Source: Candidatus Poribacteria bacterium
Lineage (GTDB): Bacteria > Poribacteria > WGA-4E > WGA-3G
DNA: 64,000 bases
Direction of reading: 5' to 3'
Assembly: GCA_965198235.1 (NCBI GenBank)
Contig: OZ240248.1
Location: forward strand, 4,640,001 to 4,704,000
The position numbers and the translations under genes were made by a program. Below, piece by piece: positions 62,040 to 64,000 of this stretch. A model generated the notes under the pieces. The model was not told the DNA's origin, ran no database searches, and worked only from the letters and a program-made list of their open reading frames with translations. Every line of letters starts with the position of its first letter. The stretch's first letter is position 1.

Positions 62040-63347
62040 ATGGTTATGATGTTTGATTTTCCCGATGGATGGCAGCTTGGATCTGTTGAGGATAGCATGA
62101 AAGCAATTATTGACTATCGCGGTAAAACACCGCGCAAAACACTCTCTGGTATTCCGTTAATTACGGCAAGAATTGTCAAAGATGGTCGGATAATGACTCC
62201 TACTGAATTCATCGCTTCCGAGGGTTATGATTCATGGATGAATCGGGGTCTACCGGAACCAGGTGATGTCGTCATGACGACGGAAGCTCCTTTGGGCGAA
62301 ATTGCACAGATTAATAGTTGTAAAGTTGCTCTTGGTCAACGCCTTATCACTTTGAGAGGCAAACCAGATTTGTTAAACAATACTTATCTCAAGTTTGCAA
62401 TGCAGACAACGTTTGTGCAAAACCAGTTGAAGGCAAGAGCCACAGGCACAACGGTTCTGGGCATTTCTCAGCGCGAACTTAGAAAGGTTGAAATACCTCT
62501 CCCGCCTCTTCAAGAACAACACCGCATTGCTCACATCCTCGGCACGCTTGACGACAAAATTGAACTCAACCGACAGGTGAATGAAACCCTGGAAGCAACA
62601 GCACGGGCAATTTTCAAATCGTGGTTTATAGACTTTGACCCTGTGAAAGCAAAGATAGAGGGACACAAACCCGTAGGTATGGACACTAAAACAGCCTCTT
62701 TATTTTCATCTGCGTTCCAAGATTCTCCACTGGGGAAGATCCCGAAGGGATGGCAGGTTGGAACGATTGATGAAGATTTCAATCTTACAATGGGACAATC
62801 GCCGCCTGGATCCACGTACAACGAAGATGAAAAAGGGTTGCCATTTTATCAAGGTCGAAAGGATTTTAGTTTTCGGTACCCAACGCGGAGGGTTTATTGC
62901 ACCTCACCAAAACGATTTGCTAAAAAAGGCGATACGCTTGTCAGTGTTCGTGCGCCTGTAGGCGATGTTAATATGGCGAATGAAAAGTGCTGTGTCGGTC
63001 GCGGTTTAGCATCGCTACGACATAAAACTGGGAGTCGATCTTATACCTACTACGCCATGCAATTTTTGCAGGAAATTTTTTCTCGTTACGAAGCAGAGGG
63101 AACAGTTTTTGGATCAATCAACAAGACAGACTTTCAAACACTTTCTCAACTCAGACCATTCAATGAAATCATTGAAGTATTTGAGCGTCTCATTCATCCT
63201 TTGGATCAATCTATTGAGAATAACGAACATGAATCCGACACCCTTTCCCAAATCCGAGACATGCTGCTGCCGAAGTTGTTGTCTGGAGAAATTCGTGTGG
63301 ATGATGCCAATGAGATATTGGAGGTAAAAGATGGCGGAAAATCCTAA
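62040..63347 (+). CDS. hsdS: Type I R-M specificity subunit
   Basis: PPLQEQHRIAHILGTLDDKIELN, IPKGW and RDMLLPKLLSGEI motifs; two TRDs. Confidence 0.95.
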   Translation: MVMMFDFPDGWQLGSVEDSMKAIIDYRGKTPRKTLSGIPLITARIVKDGRIMTPTEFIASEGYDSWMNRGLPEPGDVVMTTEAPLGEIAQINSCKVALGQRLITLRGKPDLLNNTYLKFAMQTTFVQNQLKARATGTTVLGISQRELRKVEIPLPPLQEQHRIAHILGTLDDKIELNRQVNETLEATARAIFKSWFIDFDPVKAKIEGHKPVGMDTKTASLFSSAFQDSPLGKIPKGWQVGTIDEDFNLTMGQSPPGSTYNEDEKGLPFYQGRKDFSFRYPTRRVYCTSPKRFAKKGDTLVSVRAPVGDVNMANEKCCVGRGLASLRHKTGSRSYTYYAMQFLQEIFSRYEAEGTVFGSINKTDFQTLSQLRPFNEIIEVFERLIHPLDQSIENNEHESDTLSQIRDMLLPKLLSGEIRVDDANEILEVKDGGKS

Positions 63348-64000
63348 AGTGTTCATCTCATATTCTCACGATTCCCCAGAGCATAAACGGTGGGTATCTG
63401 AACTTGCTGCGCGACTTCGCCACAACGGAATTGATGCAATACTCGATCAATGGGACCTCGGACTGGGCGATGATATAACGCGATTCATGGAACGCGGCAT
63501 CGTGGACGCTGATAGGGTGCTGGTCATTTGCACGGATCAGTACGTAAAAAAAGCGAACGCTGACGAAGGCGGGGTCGGCTATGAACGGATGATCGTAAAC
63601 GCCGAACTTGTTCAGAATTTAGGAACAGACAAATTTATTCCTATCATCCGTCAGGCATCAGGAAGGAAAAAAACACCGATATTCTTAGGAACCCGATTCT
63701 ATGCTGACTTTAGAAATGACAATCAATTTAATGCGGAATGTGAAAAATTAATTCGTGAGCTTCACGAAATGCCTATTGTAGAGAAACCACCTTTAGGAAA
63801 AAGTCCATTCCGTTCTGTGGAACCTGACACACAACCGACTGAGATACCAGAGGAGGTTAAATCTGCATCAGTAGCTTACAAAACAGCGTCTAAACTCGTT
63901 CGTGCTGGCGATACACTTGGATGGCGGCAACTCATCAAGAAAATTCGAGAACCTATATTCAAATCTTTGGTCCAATGGCGACAAGATGAATTAGATGGAC
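63331..64000 (+). CDS. TIR/SEFIR-domain protein, 3'-truncated by the window edge (not in the ORF track)
   Basis: MAENPKVFISYSHDSPEHKRWV..LA..LR..GID..LDQWDL..G...FME...GGVGYE; GGAGG RBS; overlaps the end of hsdS. Confidence 0.88.
   Translation, partial: MAENPKVFISYSHDSPEHKRWVSELAARLRHNGIDAILDQWDLGLGDDITRFMERGIVDADRVLVICTDQYVKKANADEGGVGYERMIVNAELVQNLGTDKFIPIIRQASGRKKTPIFLGTRFYADFRNDNQFNAECEKLIRELHEMPIVEKPPLGKSPFRSVEPDTQPTEIPEEVKSASVAYKTASKLVRAGDTLGWRQLIKKIREPIFKSLVQWRQDELDG

Overview
Bacterial genomic DNA, most likely Candidatus Poribacteria (inferred from the C-terminal 'xPxGKLATTWxxIK' motif, dockerin-like DVNGDG repeats, LamG, PhyH and sulfatase paralogues, and the planctomycete-type DUF1549/1553/1501 cluster). 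Most of the window is catabolic and transport genes, with many eroded gene stubs and dispersed GTAG REP-like palindromes. The main result is three IS200/IS605-superfamily RNA-guided (OMEGA) loci and no tnpA. (1) An apparently complete IsrB element at 7858-9122 (minus strand) has a 210-nt omegaRNA and a predictable guide and ATGA TAM. (2) A second IsrB at 38972-40245 has a covarying omegaRNA, supplies the stop codon of murQ, and ends in a beta-clamp-type motif, QLTLF. (3) A 405-bp ORF-less element at 1661-2065 has its own promoter, an unexplained structured RNA and a TnpB-type omegaRNA, and is inserted in a host -10 box. The window ends in a type I R-M operon carrying an AlbA/Schlafen-HATPase gene, a small ORF and a TIR-domain gene. 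No CRISPR array, rRNA or tRNA was seen. All calls come from reading motifs by eye; no searches were run.
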